NCBI GenBank assembly: GCA_965660445.1
Contig: CBFIAK010000002.1
Span: forward strand, 32,001-96,000
Origin: Patescibacteria group bacterium
GTDB lineage: Bacteria > Patescibacteriota > Gracilibacteria > UBA4473
Reading direction: 5' to 3'
Length of the DNA: 64,000 nucleotides
Part shown: in pieces, positions 51,899-61,822 of the stretch
Layout of the letters: every line of letters begins with the position of its first letter
How positions within the stretch are numbered: position 1 is the first letter of the stretch
Notes under the pieces: generated by a model
Databases searched by the model: none
What the model was told of the DNA's origin: nothing
Seen by the model: only the letters and a program-made list of their open reading frames with translations
Made by a program: the position numbers and the translations under genes

Positions 51899-52558
51899 TC
51901 AAATATTTCTTCCTTTACTTTTTGCAAAAACAACGACTTCTATTTCTTGAACGCCTGCTTTTTTAAGTGCTTGTATACATGATTTTGCAGTTGATCCAGT
52001 TGTGTAAACATCATCAATAAGAAGCACCTTTTGTGGAACTGGATACGACGTATCCCATACCATACTGCCTGATAAGTTTATTTTTCGTTCTTGTACACTG
52101 TATTGTGTTTGAGATGGAGTATGTCGTAACCGCTTGAGTCCAAAGCACGACCTCATGTGTGGCGCATATTCCTCAATAGACCGAATAATTCTTTCGTTTT
52201 GATTGAATCCGCGAATGAGTTTTTTTCTCCAATGGAGTGGAACAGGTACAAGTGTAAACTCGTTTTTGAGAAACGGTTCGTAATAGACGGCTATGTAATG
52301 CGCAATCTGTTTATTTCCTTTGTATTTCAATTCAGTGATAAGGGTTTGTATAGATTTGTTTTCGTACCATGCAGAGGCATGTATCGCAATTTTGTTGTGG
52401 TACGTTGAAGGGACGGGAATTATTTTTATTTCTTGATGAGAAAGACATAAAAAAGACCCTTCTTCTCCACAAAAAATACACGTTTCAGGAAAAAGTGCTT
52501 TTTTATACCATTGTAACAATGCTGTACTATTTTTTAAGAACCTCTGCCAAATATGCAT
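51899..52558 (-). CDS. ComF family phosphoribosyltransferase-like protein
   Basis: CIFC, LKYKG, PVPLH..RGFNQ, LLIDDVYTTGST. Confidence 0.9.
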   Translation of the reverse strand: MHIWQRFLKNSTALLQWYKKALFPETCIFCGEEGSFLCLSHQEIKIIPVPSTYHNKIAIHASAWYENKSIQTLITELKYKGNKQIAHYIAVYYEPFLKNEFTLVPVPLHWRKKLIRGFNQNERIIRSIEEYAPHMRSCFGLKRLRHTPSQTQYSVQERKINLSGSMVWDTSYPVPQKVLLIDDVYTTGSTAKSCIQALKKAGVQEIEVVVFAKSKGRNI

Positions 52559-52560
52559 AC

Positions 52561-53109
52561 TTATCGTACTGGCGGAATAACTGGAGGAAGGGGTGTTGGA
52601 GCTGGTCGTGGTACTGGAACTGGTTGTGGTGTTGGTTGCGTGGGAGCTGGTGGGGGAGTGACTGTTTGTGATACAGCTGCGCCAGAAACTAATTGATTAA
52701 TTGAGTCTTTTATTTTTTGATACGAGAGATAATCCATAAGATTGAGTCCAAAAATACGTCCTACAATCGCTACAAACGTAAAACTTAAAATGGTGATGAT
52801 AAGTCCAACAATAGAATACCGAATGGTGTTAATGGCTTGTTTGATTTTGTCTTCATTTCCACCAGATAAAATAAACGAGATTCCTCCAACAAAAATAAAA
52901 ATCGCTGCTAATGCACCAGCGATTATAAAAGCATAAACAACACCCATTTGTACAAGTTCTGTGATACCAAACTCTAATGTGTTATCCAACGAAGCAGCTC
53001 CTCCAAATGGTTGGTTGAGTGGCGATTGTATAGGGGTTACTGGGGCTTGTGTTTGCACCGCTGTAACGGGAATTTCATAATAATTTGCGTCTGGAAGAGT
53101 TTCGTTCAT
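52561..53109 (-). CDS. VirB2/TrbC-like pilin with Pro-rich tail
   Basis: GGISFILSGGNEDKIKQA..IRYSIVGL; C-terminal P/T-rich stretch. Confidence 0.7.
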   Translation of the reverse strand: MNETLPDANYYEIPVTAVQTQAPVTPIQSPLNQPFGGAASLDNTLEFGITELVQMGVVYAFIIAGALAAIFIFVGGISFILSGGNEDKIKQAINTIRYSIVGLIITILSFTFVAIVGRIFGLNLMDYLSYQKIKDSINQLVSGAAVSQTVTPPPAPTQPTPQPVPVPRPAPTPLPPVIPPVR

Positions 53110-53181
53110 TTATGTGTGTTGAAAAACAGAGACGGTTTTACTATATAAAAAAAAAGAGGAATTGGGCAACACTTTTTCTAC

Positions 53182-53460
53182 TTATTCGCCTTGTGTTTCT
53201 TCAGATTCTATATGATCTTCAACTTTGAGTGTTATTTTTTTTCGTTCTCTTGCTCCAATTGATTTTACGAGTAATCGCAATGCAGAAATTGTTTGTCCAT
53301 TCTTACCAATAACGCGTCCCATGTCATCTTCGTGTGTTTTAATTTTTAAAAGTGTTCCTTTGCTATCTATAATGTGTTCAATATGAATATCAGCTGGGTG
53401 TTCGCATATTTGTTGTAATACATACCGAACAAAATCTAAAGAGTGTGTCGTGTCATCCAT
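53182..53460 (-). CDS. khpA: KH-domain RNA-binding protein
   Basis: DMGRVIGKNGQTI.ALR; directly downstream of rpsP. Confidence 0.9.
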   Translation of the reverse strand: MDDTTHSLDFVRYVLQQICEHPADIHIEHIIDSKGTLLKIKTHEDDMGRVIGKNGQTISALRLLVKSIGARERKKITLKVEDHIESEETQGE

Positions 53461-53498
53461 AAGGGAGGGGATTTAAGAGAATGAAAAAATATTAACAA

Positions 53499-53813
53499 CT
53501 ATTGAGGAGTTTCAGTTTTAACTTCTTTTTTTGGTTTTGTTGCTCGGGCTTTTACAAACTTTCCAGCTTCTTGCATACCATCTTTAACAAGTATTCGAGC
53601 AACTGTTTGTGATATATGAGCTCCGTTTTTAACATAATGAAGAATTCGGTCTTTATCAATATGAAGTTCTCCTTTTCCTTCATTTGTATGGGGATTGTAG
53701 TATCCGAGTTTTTCAACAAACTTTTTTTGTACAGCTTGCGATTTTTCAGCAACTACGAGCCGAAAAAATGCGCTTTTTTTCTTTCCAACACGGACGAAAC
53801 GAATCATAAGCAT
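53499..53813 (-). CDS. rpsP: 30S ribosomal protein S16
   Basis: MLMIRFVRVGKK..FRLVVAE..EKLGYYNP. Confidence 0.95.
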   Translation of the reverse strand: MLMIRFVRVGKKKSAFFRLVVAEKSQAVQKKFVEKLGYYNPHTNEGKGELHIDKDRILHYVKNGAHISQTVARILVKDGMQEAGKFVKARATKPKKEVKTETPQ

Positions 53814-54081
53814 GGGTAAAATAGTTTAATGAGTCTTAGCTCATGCATTCTATGAAGAGACGCAATTAAGTCAACTTTTTCTCTGTGTTTTTCAGGATTT
53901 TTTTGTTTTTATTGTTGTTTTTTAAAATCATTATATCTGTTTTTGATAATTATTTTGCGAATTACTGCATTGGAATAACTTTCTATTCGTTTATACCGTC
54001 TGAGTGGTTTTAAATAAGATTGTCTTTTTTGTGATTCAATTCTATACTCATTCTGTCTCTTTATTTTTAATTTTTTTGACT

Positions 54082-54969
54082 ATGAAATTTTTTGCAGTAC
54101 TCCTTTTACTCACCTTATTCCTTACTGGATGCGAGACTCCGTCTCAAACGACTGAGTCACCAAAACACAACACAAATATGACCTCAGATAAAATGTCGAA
54201 AAAAGAAGGTTCATTTTCGTATGTCACCTATTCACCAGAAACACTTGCTGAAATGGAAGGACAACGTTTTGTTTTATTTTTCTATGCTGATTGGTGTTCT
54301 ACATGCCAAAAATGGGAACAAATGATTCAAGAATCAGGAACACAACTCTATGATAATGTTCGTATTGTAAAAGCTGATTATGATACTGATACTGATCTTG
54401 TTGCTCAGTATGGTATTGCGTCTCAATCAACAGCTGCTTTTATTGATGAGGATGGATCTGTAACGCAGATTCTAGCTGATCCTTCAGTTGAAGAACTCAA
54501 TGCTTTCTTTGAAACTGCAGACTCTGCGAAAACTGATCCTGAAGAGGAAGTAATTCAAGAAGATATCGCTGAAACAATACAAGAAAAATCAGATGTATCA
54601 ACAGAAGAACAAGAAACAACAGAAGAGATGGATGAAGAAGAAATGTCAGACCCTGTATCTTCAGGAGCACAATATGAAGCTTATTCTTCAGAGCTTCATG
54701 ATGAATGGAAGTCAGAACCTTATGCTTTGTTTTTTCATGCCGATTGGTGTCCAACCTGTCAAGCATGGGAAAAAATGATTCAAGACAATATTGCCACGCT
54801 TCCAGAATCAACTCGTATACTGAAAGTTGATTATGATACAAACGAAACACTCGTTCGTAAATATGATATACAATCTCAATCAATAGTTGTTTTTGTTACT
54901 GGAGCTGGAAACAGTACTCTTAAAACTATTGATCCATCGCTTGACGAGGTTATTCAGTTCTTTGAATAA
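54082..54969 (+). CDS. Lipoprotein with two thioredoxin-like domains
   Basis: Lipobox LTGC; FYADWCSTC and FHADWCPTC joined by an acidic linker. Confidence 0.85.
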   Translation: MKFFAVLLLLTLFLTGCETPSQTTESPKHNTNMTSDKMSKKEGSFSYVTYSPETLAEMEGQRFVLFFYADWCSTCQKWEQMIQESGTQLYDNVRIVKADYDTDTDLVAQYGIASQSTAAFIDEDGSVTQILADPSVEELNAFFETADSAKTDPEEEVIQEDIAETIQEKSDVSTEEQETTEEMDEEEMSDPVSSGAQYEAYSSELHDEWKSEPYALFFHADWCPTCQAWEKMIQDNIATLPESTRILKVDYDTNETLVRKYDIQSQSIVVFVTGAGNSTLKTIDPSLDEVIQFFE

Positions 54970-54990
54970 AAAATAATTGATTATAGAACG

Positions 54991-55022
54991 AAAAAAAAGA
55001 CGTTTCGACGTCTTTTTTTTTT
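54991..55022. terminator. Bidirectional intrinsic terminator
   Basis: A8-GACGT-TTCG-ACGTC-T10. Confidence 0.8.
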
Positions 55023-55096
55023 GTCTCTTGTTTTCCTGAAACGCTAAAAAATAACCACATTGGTGATTCCCTCTTTTTTCCGATTACTATTCTGTT

Positions 55097-55453
55097 CTAA
55101 GAAATATCGGTTCCAACCGCTCGTTCAACAATTTTTGAAATTCGTTTGAGCCCAAACTGAGGATCTTGACTCTCTGGTGAAGGAACTGGAATAAGAGCGG
55201 GTAATGCTTTGCGTGCTAGTTTTATAATAAGATCGTCAGAGATTTGTTTGTAATATGATTCTTCCATAAAAATAACAGCATATCGAGGAATTGTTTTTTC
55301 GTTGTCTTGAAACTCTTGAATAAGTGATTCGAGCACGTTTGTTGCTTCTTGTTTTGATTCTACCGCATGGGCAATAACACCCAATGATTTATAAAGTGCA
55401 ATTGAGTTTTTGTTCCCAATAATACCAAGCTGAAAGTTTTGTGAAGTACTCAT
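55097..55453 (-). CDS. V/A-type ATPase subunit F
   Basis: LGIIG....LY..LG, YAVIF, PALIPVPS, VERAVGTDI. Confidence 0.85.
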   Translation of the reverse strand: MSTSQNFQLGIIGNKNSIALYKSLGVIAHAVESKQEATNVLESLIQEFQDNEKTIPRYAVIFMEESYYKQISDDLIIKLARKALPALIPVPSPESQDPQFGLKRISKIVERAVGTDIS

Positions 55454-55463
55454 AAAGAAAAAA

Positions 55464-56489
55464 CTATGAAAATGATTGAAGAAGTGTGTAGATTTGTTTT
55501 TCGGTTAACCCGTTGTATTTTGAAAACATAATACATTTTATTTTTTGAGCGTTTCTGATCCGTCGACTAAAATAAGAAATAGGAACTTGAATATCATCAA
55601 TAAGCCCTCCTTGTCCTTCGTCAATAAATTGATACAGACATCGATCAAGCTCTTTTTCTATCTGCATGATTGATTCTTGGGTGTTTTCTTGGAGTTCGAT
55701 ATGAGCTTGAAATCCGAGTTCGCTTCTCTTAATGCACTCAATTGCTTGTGCTTGTGAATGTATTGATTCCAGTTCACTGTAGGGAATACTCCCACCTTCA
55801 ATATACTCTTTTGATGATAATTTTTTTTGTCTCATAAATACAGAACGTGCCATCATCATCAGATTAGAACGATCAATTAAGAAACGAACCCATTGGGATA
55901 CAAATGCATTTTTTTGTGGTGCTTTGTTTTGGAAGTAATGAAAAAATGATTGATTAATAACATGCTCAATTCCATTTATATACGATTCTTTGTTATTCAT
56001 TTCTGTATGAGCAAAAACGTATTGTTGAATATGAGAAATCGCATCTTGTAATGAATCAGGAATAAATTCTGGTAATATATGATTCCAAACAATATCTTGT
56101 ATTTGATGATGTGTGAGTATTCCAAGCTCAGAATATCCATGATTTTCATCAAAATGTTCAATATTCGGTTTCTCAAGTAGAATTTTGTCTTTATATGCTT
56201 TTTTAAGATTGTTCATATCAAACTGCCCCCAAAGAATATGAAGGGCTGAATGATCATTTGTTCCTTTCACAAGTGAATGTTTTGTTTCAAGGAGTCCTTG
56301 TCGAATAATTTGTTCAAAATTATTTGGGGTGGTCGATTCATCAATATATTCTGCATATGGTAGTTCGATAAACACATGAAACGCATCAAGGGGGGTTGGG
56401 GATCCAACCATGCGTTCAATTTGGTTTTGAGTTAAGAGTTGGTCTTCCCATGCTCGAATCTGACCGATAATAAAAGTGAGGTTTAACAT
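55464..56489 (-). CDS. V/A-type ATPase subunit C
   Basis: IRAWEDQLLT, FDMNNLK, IDRSNL, EGGSI; operon position. Confidence 0.8.
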   Translation of the reverse strand: MLNLTFIIGQIRAWEDQLLTQNQIERMVGSPTPLDAFHVFIELPYAEYIDESTTPNNFEQIIRQGLLETKHSLVKGTNDHSALHILWGQFDMNNLKKAYKDKILLEKPNIEHFDENHGYSELGILTHHQIQDIVWNHILPEFIPDSLQDAISHIQQYVFAHTEMNNKESYINGIEHVINQSFFHYFQNKAPQKNAFVSQWVRFLIDRSNLMMMARSVFMRQKKLSSKEYIEGGSIPYSELESIHSQAQAIECIKRSELGFQAHIELQENTQESIMQIEKELDRCLYQFIDEGQGGLIDDIQVPISYFSRRIRNAQKIKCIMFSKYNGLTEKQIYTLLQSFS

Positions 56490-56529
56490 AGTGCTAATCG
56501 TTTACTGCAGAATAAAGAGAAAAATAGAA

Positions 56530-57087
56530 TTATGTAAGTTTTAGTTCTTGTGAAAGATATAAATGAAGTTGTTCTCGGTATTCTTTTTCAATGAGAGTTT
56601 TAAATGTATTGTCGATAACAGTATCTCCCATTTCGAGAATAAATCCTCCTTGAATGTCTTTGTGAGGTACAACATGAAACCCCTGTGGTGCATTTTTTGT
56701 AGTCACTTCAAGCCGTTGTGCAGGAGCATATATTTTCCCTGATGGAACTCGTATATGAGAGAACAGTTTTTGCAAAATCTGTCCATACGTTTTTTCGTCC
56801 GCATTTTCAAGGGTGCGAAGAAAATCTTTGAGTATAGAAGACAAAACTTCATGCTTCATTTCGAGATTCATTTTCGCTGATTCTCGTTTGAGTAAAGACT
56901 GCATTTTCTTTTGCAGTGATTCTAATGCATGTTTTGTTTTCAGCTCAATATTTTGTGCGTCTTGTATCATATATGCATCATATTTCTTCTGGATCTCTTT
57001 TTTTTGAGTTTCAGTTTCAGATTCAATGATCCGCACTTGATTTTGCGCTTCTTCAGTTATTTTTTTAAGGATATCAGGCAATGCCAT
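56530..57087 (-). CDS. V/A-type ATPase subunit E
   Basis: Coiled-coil N-terminus, IQGGFIL..IDNTF. Confidence 0.82.
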   Translation of the reverse strand: MALPDILKKITEEAQNQVRIIESETETQKKEIQKKYDAYMIQDAQNIELKTKHALESLQKKMQSLLKRESAKMNLEMKHEVLSSILKDFLRTLENADEKTYGQILQKLFSHIRVPSGKIYAPAQRLEVTTKNAPQGFHVVPHKDIQGGFILEMGDTVIDNTFKTLIEKEYREQLHLYLSQELKLT

Positions 57088-57120
57088 GAGAGAAGGGAAG
57101 TTAAAAAATTGAGAAAAATA

Positions 57121-57618
57121 TTATCCAAGTTGGATTGAATTGATAATAAGAATTGAAATCAAAAGTCCGAAAATTGCGTATGTTTCAATAATAACAGAAA
57201 GGACGATTGCTTTCCCTGACATTGATTCTTGTCGAGCGATCATTCCAGCACTTGCTGCTGCTACTTTCCCTTGAAGCCATGCAGATGTAAGTCCTGAAAA
57301 CCCCATCAAAATTCCAGCCCATAAAAAGAGAAGTCCTGTATCATGAGGCACTTCCATTGGCGTTCCACCTAATGCTCCAATTTTAAAGAGTGTAAAGATT
57401 GCAATAAGAAGACCGTATACTCCTTGTGACCCAGGAAGTGCTGTTAAGATAAGAATTTTACCAAACAAGTTTGGTTTTTCAGCAAGCACTCCAGCTCCTT
57501 TTTGTCCTGGACTTGCGACTCCCAAACATGATCCAGCTCCAGCGAGAGCTGCAGAGCATACAGCTCCAATAATAGCGAGTACTTGTCCGTTCATAACGGT
57601 AGAAATTTCTGATTCCAT
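57121..57618 (-). CDS. ntpK: V/A-type ATPase subunit K (4-TM proteolipid)
   Basis: AGAGS..GV, LPGSQGVYG, QGKV, ETYA. Confidence 0.92.
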   Translation of the reverse strand: MESEISTVMNGQVLAIIGAVCSAALAGAGSCLGVASPGQKGAGVLAEKPNLFGKILILTALPGSQGVYGLLIAIFTLFKIGALGGTPMEVPHDTGLLFLWAGILMGFSGLTSAWLQGKVAAASAGMIARQESMSGKAIVLSVIIETYAIFGLLISILIINSIQLG

Positions 57619-57660
57619 AGTGTAAAAAAATTAAAAAATAAGGAAATAAAGAAAGTAAAA

Positions 57661-59709
57661 CTAATTCTCTTGAAAAAATATATATTTTTTCTGACGTTGA
57701 AATGGATTGAATTTTATTCCATTTCCGTCAAAAAACTTTCCAAAGAATTCAATAAATTGAAGACGCCCTGAATGGACGAATGCTCCTAAAAGCGATAGGG
57801 CGAAATTTAAAGAGTGCCCAAACAAAATAATAATAACCGCTACAATGATTCCTAAAATCCAGTGCGGCATCATTTGAAATAAAACGCCAGCAGTAAGGTT
57901 CATTGCAAACCCAATAACTCCAGTGGCAAGTCCTAATGCCATAATACGAGAATAACTCAGTACATCTGATAAATATCCAGTAATATTATAGAGTCCGAGT
58001 ACTCCATAAATAGGTTTTAAAATCCAGTTTTTTTGGTGTCGACCTTGTGTTGCTACTAAAAGTCCTGCTCCAATGAGTGTCATGTTTTGAGCTATTGGCT
58101 TCAATGTTCCTATTGACTCGATTGCACTTGATGCAGAGAAAAACACAATAGATGAGATAAAAAAGAACCACGGAAGTGAATCGAAAAAAGCTTCTGAGTA
58201 GTTTTTGTTTTTGATGTTTTTTACGAAACTTAAAATAAGTCCAACAAGAAGTTGAAAAATCCCGAGTACTAATGTGAAAACAAGGAATATAATAGGACCA
58301 CTTCCAGACATCGGATTTATAAGCTGTCCTTTAAATGGCATAGCGGTTGTGTCTCCTGCCAGATATTCAGGGGTAATAAGAATCTGACTCAGCCATTGAG
58401 GGAGAACTTCAGGAGTCATTCCAAAGTATCCACCAAGGACAATACCACCTAATATAGCACTTATTCCGCAAAGAAAGAGAAGCAGTATTCCACTTTTGGC
58501 AAGTTTTGAAAGTTTAGCGGTGAGTAAGAAAATAAGAGCTCCTCCCGCAAGAAGACTTCCGTATCCAACATCAGAAAGACAGAGCCCAAAAAATACAAAG
58601 AAGAATGGAGCTAAAAATGGAGTTGGATCGAGGTCTTGATGATCTGGAATACCAAACATTTCTGTAATAAACTCAAACGGAGCAATTCCTTTTTTGTTTT
58701 CTACGAGGGTTGGTTCGATTTCTCCTTCTTTTGGTTCAATTTTTTCAAGAGATACTTCTTGCACAAATGCTTGTTGAATCCATTGCTGAATTTCGTCGTA
58801 TTTTGACTGTGCAATCCATGCTTCAAAGGCAAAAACGGTTTTTGTTTTTAAAATCTTATGCTGTAAATCATGTTTTGTTTTTCTCCACTCATTATAATCA
58901 GAAAGAATTTTTAAATCATCAGTGTAGCGTGCTAACTCTTTTTGTTGAATAGTGAGTGTTTGAATACGATCTTCTTTTTCTTGCTTGAGTCGTTCAAGTT
59001 GTCGAAGTATTTCTCGTGGTGTTTTTCCTTGCCACTCACTCCATTCTTTTTGGAAATCGAGTATCTCTTTATCGTATGATCCTAAAATTGCTTGTATTTT
59101 TTCTTCTACGCTTGGATGATAAGAGATTCGTAAGATGCCAGTTGTTTTGCTTTGAGGAAGAAACTCAACATCAGCGAGTCGAGATTCTTTTGCCAGTATT
59201 CGGATCAGTTCGTTTTGTTGTGAACGAGGAAAGAGTGCAAACAATGTTTTCGTATGAGCGGTATGAAACGATGGCAAAAGAGGCATATTCATCCCTTTTA
59301 ATCGTTTAATACTTTCAATCATTTGATCGATTTTTGTCTTTTCATGTTCGGTTTGTCCTTTTTGATATTCCACTCGTTCGCATTCACTTATTATTTTTTC
59401 AGAATGAGGAGCAAATTCTTTGAGTCTTTGTTTTGCTTCCGCTTCAGTGAGAATTATTTTTCCTCCTGTTAAGAGACGATCTAAAAAAGGAGTTTTTGGA
59501 CTATAAGGTTCTAGAAATCGAATAGCAAAATCAATACGAGCTAAATCAAACACCGTGAAATATTGCTCCGGTGCTGTTGTTGAATGTGATATGAAGTCCT
59601 CATTTTCTACAATATGCAATACCCCCTTCCGGTGCAGTTCTTGCATAAGAATTTTATAATGACTTTTGAGTCCTGTAATGCGAATTTTTTGAAGTGGTGC
59701 TTTACCCAT
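57661..59709 (-). CDS. ntpI: V/A-type ATPase subunit I
   Basis: DPTPFLAPFF..FFGL..SDVGYG, SDVLSYSRIMALGL, VHSGRLQFIEFF; start reassigned to 59709. Confidence 0.93.
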   Translation of the reverse strand: MGKAPLQKIRITGLKSHYKILMQELHRKGVLHIVENEDFISHSTTAPEQYFTVFDLARIDFAIRFLEPYSPKTPFLDRLLTGGKIILTEAEAKQRLKEFAPHSEKIISECERVEYQKGQTEHEKTKIDQMIESIKRLKGMNMPLLPSFHTAHTKTLFALFPRSQQNELIRILAKESRLADVEFLPQSKTTGILRISYHPSVEEKIQAILGSYDKEILDFQKEWSEWQGKTPREILRQLERLKQEKEDRIQTLTIQQKELARYTDDLKILSDYNEWRKTKHDLQHKILKTKTVFAFEAWIAQSKYDEIQQWIQQAFVQEVSLEKIEPKEGEIEPTLVENKKGIAPFEFITEMFGIPDHQDLDPTPFLAPFFFVFFGLCLSDVGYGSLLAGGALIFLLTAKLSKLAKSGILLLFLCGISAILGGIVLGGYFGMTPEVLPQWLSQILITPEYLAGDTTAMPFKGQLINPMSGSGPIIFLVFTLVLGIFQLLVGLILSFVKNIKNKNYSEAFFDSLPWFFFISSIVFFSASSAIESIGTLKPIAQNMTLIGAGLLVATQGRHQKNWILKPIYGVLGLYNITGYLSDVLSYSRIMALGLATGVIGFAMNLTAGVLFQMMPHWILGIIVAVIIILFGHSLNFALSLLGAFVHSGRLQFIEFFGKFFDGNGIKFNPFQRQKKYIFFQEN

Positions 59710-59751
59710 TGAGAGATAAAAATAGAAGGTCGTCTTTTTAAACAAGAGTTC

Positions 59752-60072
59752 TTAAAGGCAGTTGTCCAAAAAGAAATGAAGAGTGCTTGATAAAACTTTT
59801 TCTTTTTTGTCTTGAAGACTCCTTTTTTCAAGTTCAATTTTTCTTTGTTCTTCTTCAAGCCCTTTTGCATACTCTTTTCTGGCTTCTTTTTGTTGTTCTA
59901 TGAGTTGATTTCTTCCTTTTTCTCGAAGTTCTTGTTCGTTTTTTTCTTGTATCTGAATAAGTTTTTTCTCAAAAGTCTCAACGTCTTTCGCTGACTTCTT
60001 TCGAGCGTCTTCAATCATTTTTTCGTATTGTGCTTCGGTCGTTTGAATCTGGTGTAAAAATGAATCGTTCAT
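59752..60072 (-). CDS. V/A-type ATPase subunit G/H-like stalk protein
   Basis: Charged coiled coil (I..TE.....IEDARK), first gene of the operon. Confidence 0.6.
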   Translation of the reverse strand: MNDSFLHQIQTTEAQYEKMIEDARKKSAKDVETFEKKLIQIQEKNEQELREKGRNQLIEQQKEARKEYAKGLEEEQRKIELEKRSLQDKKEKVLSSTLHFFLDNCL

Positions 60073-60343
60073 GGGAATAAGAAAAGTATGCACTTATATA
60101 ATTCTTGCCTATTTTCATAAACTTTTCTTGAATGTCAACTCTTTTGTTCTTTTTTTATGTCGATTAAAATAAAAATGTTTTTTTTCTTACTTTTTAAAAA
60201 GAAGAAAGAAACGCTTCTTTTTCTTTTTTATGAACAAATAATGTGTTCTTTTTTTACTCTTCTTTCAGTGTGTTTATTGGAAAATAAGTTGACCTTCCTG
60301 TCTTTTTCTTCACAATAGGATTGATATTTTTCTTTCTTTATTT

Positions 60344-61819
60344 GTGCATATGCTTTCGTCTTTTTGGATAGGTTTTCTGGCGTGGCTTCAAGGATTTATG
60401 CCTTTTTTATATTCTTCAACAATCGAAAATCCAGTTGTTGTAAAAGATGTCCAACAGATTGAATCGGGAAACAATATTCAAAAACTTCCATCGATGGGGG
60501 TTCGACGTTTGCCAACTTATGAAGGACAACTTCGTGATATCCGTAGACTTATTGAACATGGGTATTATGCAGAAGCGTCAACAGAACTTTCTCGATTGTC
60601 TTATGATTACCCAGAAAAAATAGAGCCTTTTTTTTACCTTGCTGATATTTTGGTGCGTCGAGGTGACACAGCAGGGCTTTCTTCTTTAGTTGATCGTATT
60701 GCAACTCGGTTTCCCGATCATACCGTTGTGCGTATATTACAAGGACGTCTTGCTTTGTTGACTGGATTTGCAGAATACAATCGTTTTGTTGCAGATCTTG
60801 ATGTCAATACACTGCCCCCTCAACTTCGGGTCTATCAAGCATTTCTTTGGGCATTGCAGAATAATCATGAGAAAGCACAATCAGTATTACAACCATTGCT
60901 GTCGTTTGAAGTGAATGATGAACCTCGCACATCAGACGAGTATCAACAAACAATTTCTTCGGATTTCTATTTTGTGGTCGAAAGAATACTTCAAGAATAC
61001 GAATCTTTTTCAGTTTTGAGTGAAGGAAAACGGGCACATTTATTTGCTCTTCTTGGAAAAGTAGCAGGTGATGTTGATGAAACACGTATTATGCGTGCTT
61101 TTGCAGATCTAGCCTTAAAAGAGGATATGTCTTATATCGATGCATGGATTTTGAGAGGCTATAGCCACTTTTTAGAAGAGAATTACCAAAAGGCATTACC
61201 TGATTTTTATGAAGCATATCGACTTGATCCGGTTCGTCCGCAAACGGCTTACTTTTTAGCACTGTCTTTGATGCATTTAGAAAGAAATAAAGAAGCGATT
61301 GTTCTTTTTGAAAAAGCTTTAGAATATGGATTTCCGTTTTCTGAAGATGTTGATTGGAAGTTAATGGAAGTGTTTTTAGAAGAAGGAAAATTTGATATGT
61401 TGATTCCTTTGTATGAAAAATACATAACGATCGATGTGCCTGCTCAAAAAATAACAACGGCTTTTCATACACTTATCGATAAAGCAAATCGGAGTGATGT
61501 AGCTGTTGATATTGGCCAACGACTTGTTGAGGCGAGACCAACAAGCGTGTTTCATTTAAATATGTATGCGTGGGCTCTTATTGCTGATAGTCAGTTTGAA
61601 GAATCTTCTCGTATCCTTGATCAGGCAGACCAATCATATGAAAACCATCCACAAACAGCGCTTAATAGAGGGCTCTTATATGAAACACAGGGGGATATGA
61701 AAAACGCACAAGAATGGTACCGAAAAAGTTATGAAATGGGATCAAAAATTCCAGAGTTCGTATCTCTTGCGAATTTTGCAGCACGTCAATACAACCGTTT
61801 AGTTGATATGCCTCAGTAG
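60344..61819 (+). CDS. TPR repeat protein
   Basis: N-terminal hydrophobic segment and multiple TPR-like helices. Confidence 0.75.
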   Translation: MHMLSSFWIGFLAWLQGFMPFLYSSTIENPVVVKDVQQIESGNNIQKLPSMGVRRLPTYEGQLRDIRRLIEHGYYAEASTELSRLSYDYPEKIEPFFYLADILVRRGDTAGLSSLVDRIATRFPDHTVVRILQGRLALLTGFAEYNRFVADLDVNTLPPQLRVYQAFLWALQNNHEKAQSVLQPLLSFEVNDEPRTSDEYQQTISSDFYFVVERILQEYESFSVLSEGKRAHLFALLGKVAGDVDETRIMRAFADLALKEDMSYIDAWILRGYSHFLEENYQKALPDFYEAYRLDPVRPQTAYFLALSLMHLERNKEAIVLFEKALEYGFPFSEDVDWKLMEVFLEEGKFDMLIPLYEKYITIDVPAQKITTAFHTLIDKANRSDVAVDIGQRLVEARPTSVFHLNMYAWALIADSQFEESSRILDQADQSYENHPQTALNRGLLYETQGDMKNAQEWYRKSYEMGSKIPEFVSLANFAARQYNRLVDMPQ

Positions 61820-61822
61820 TAT

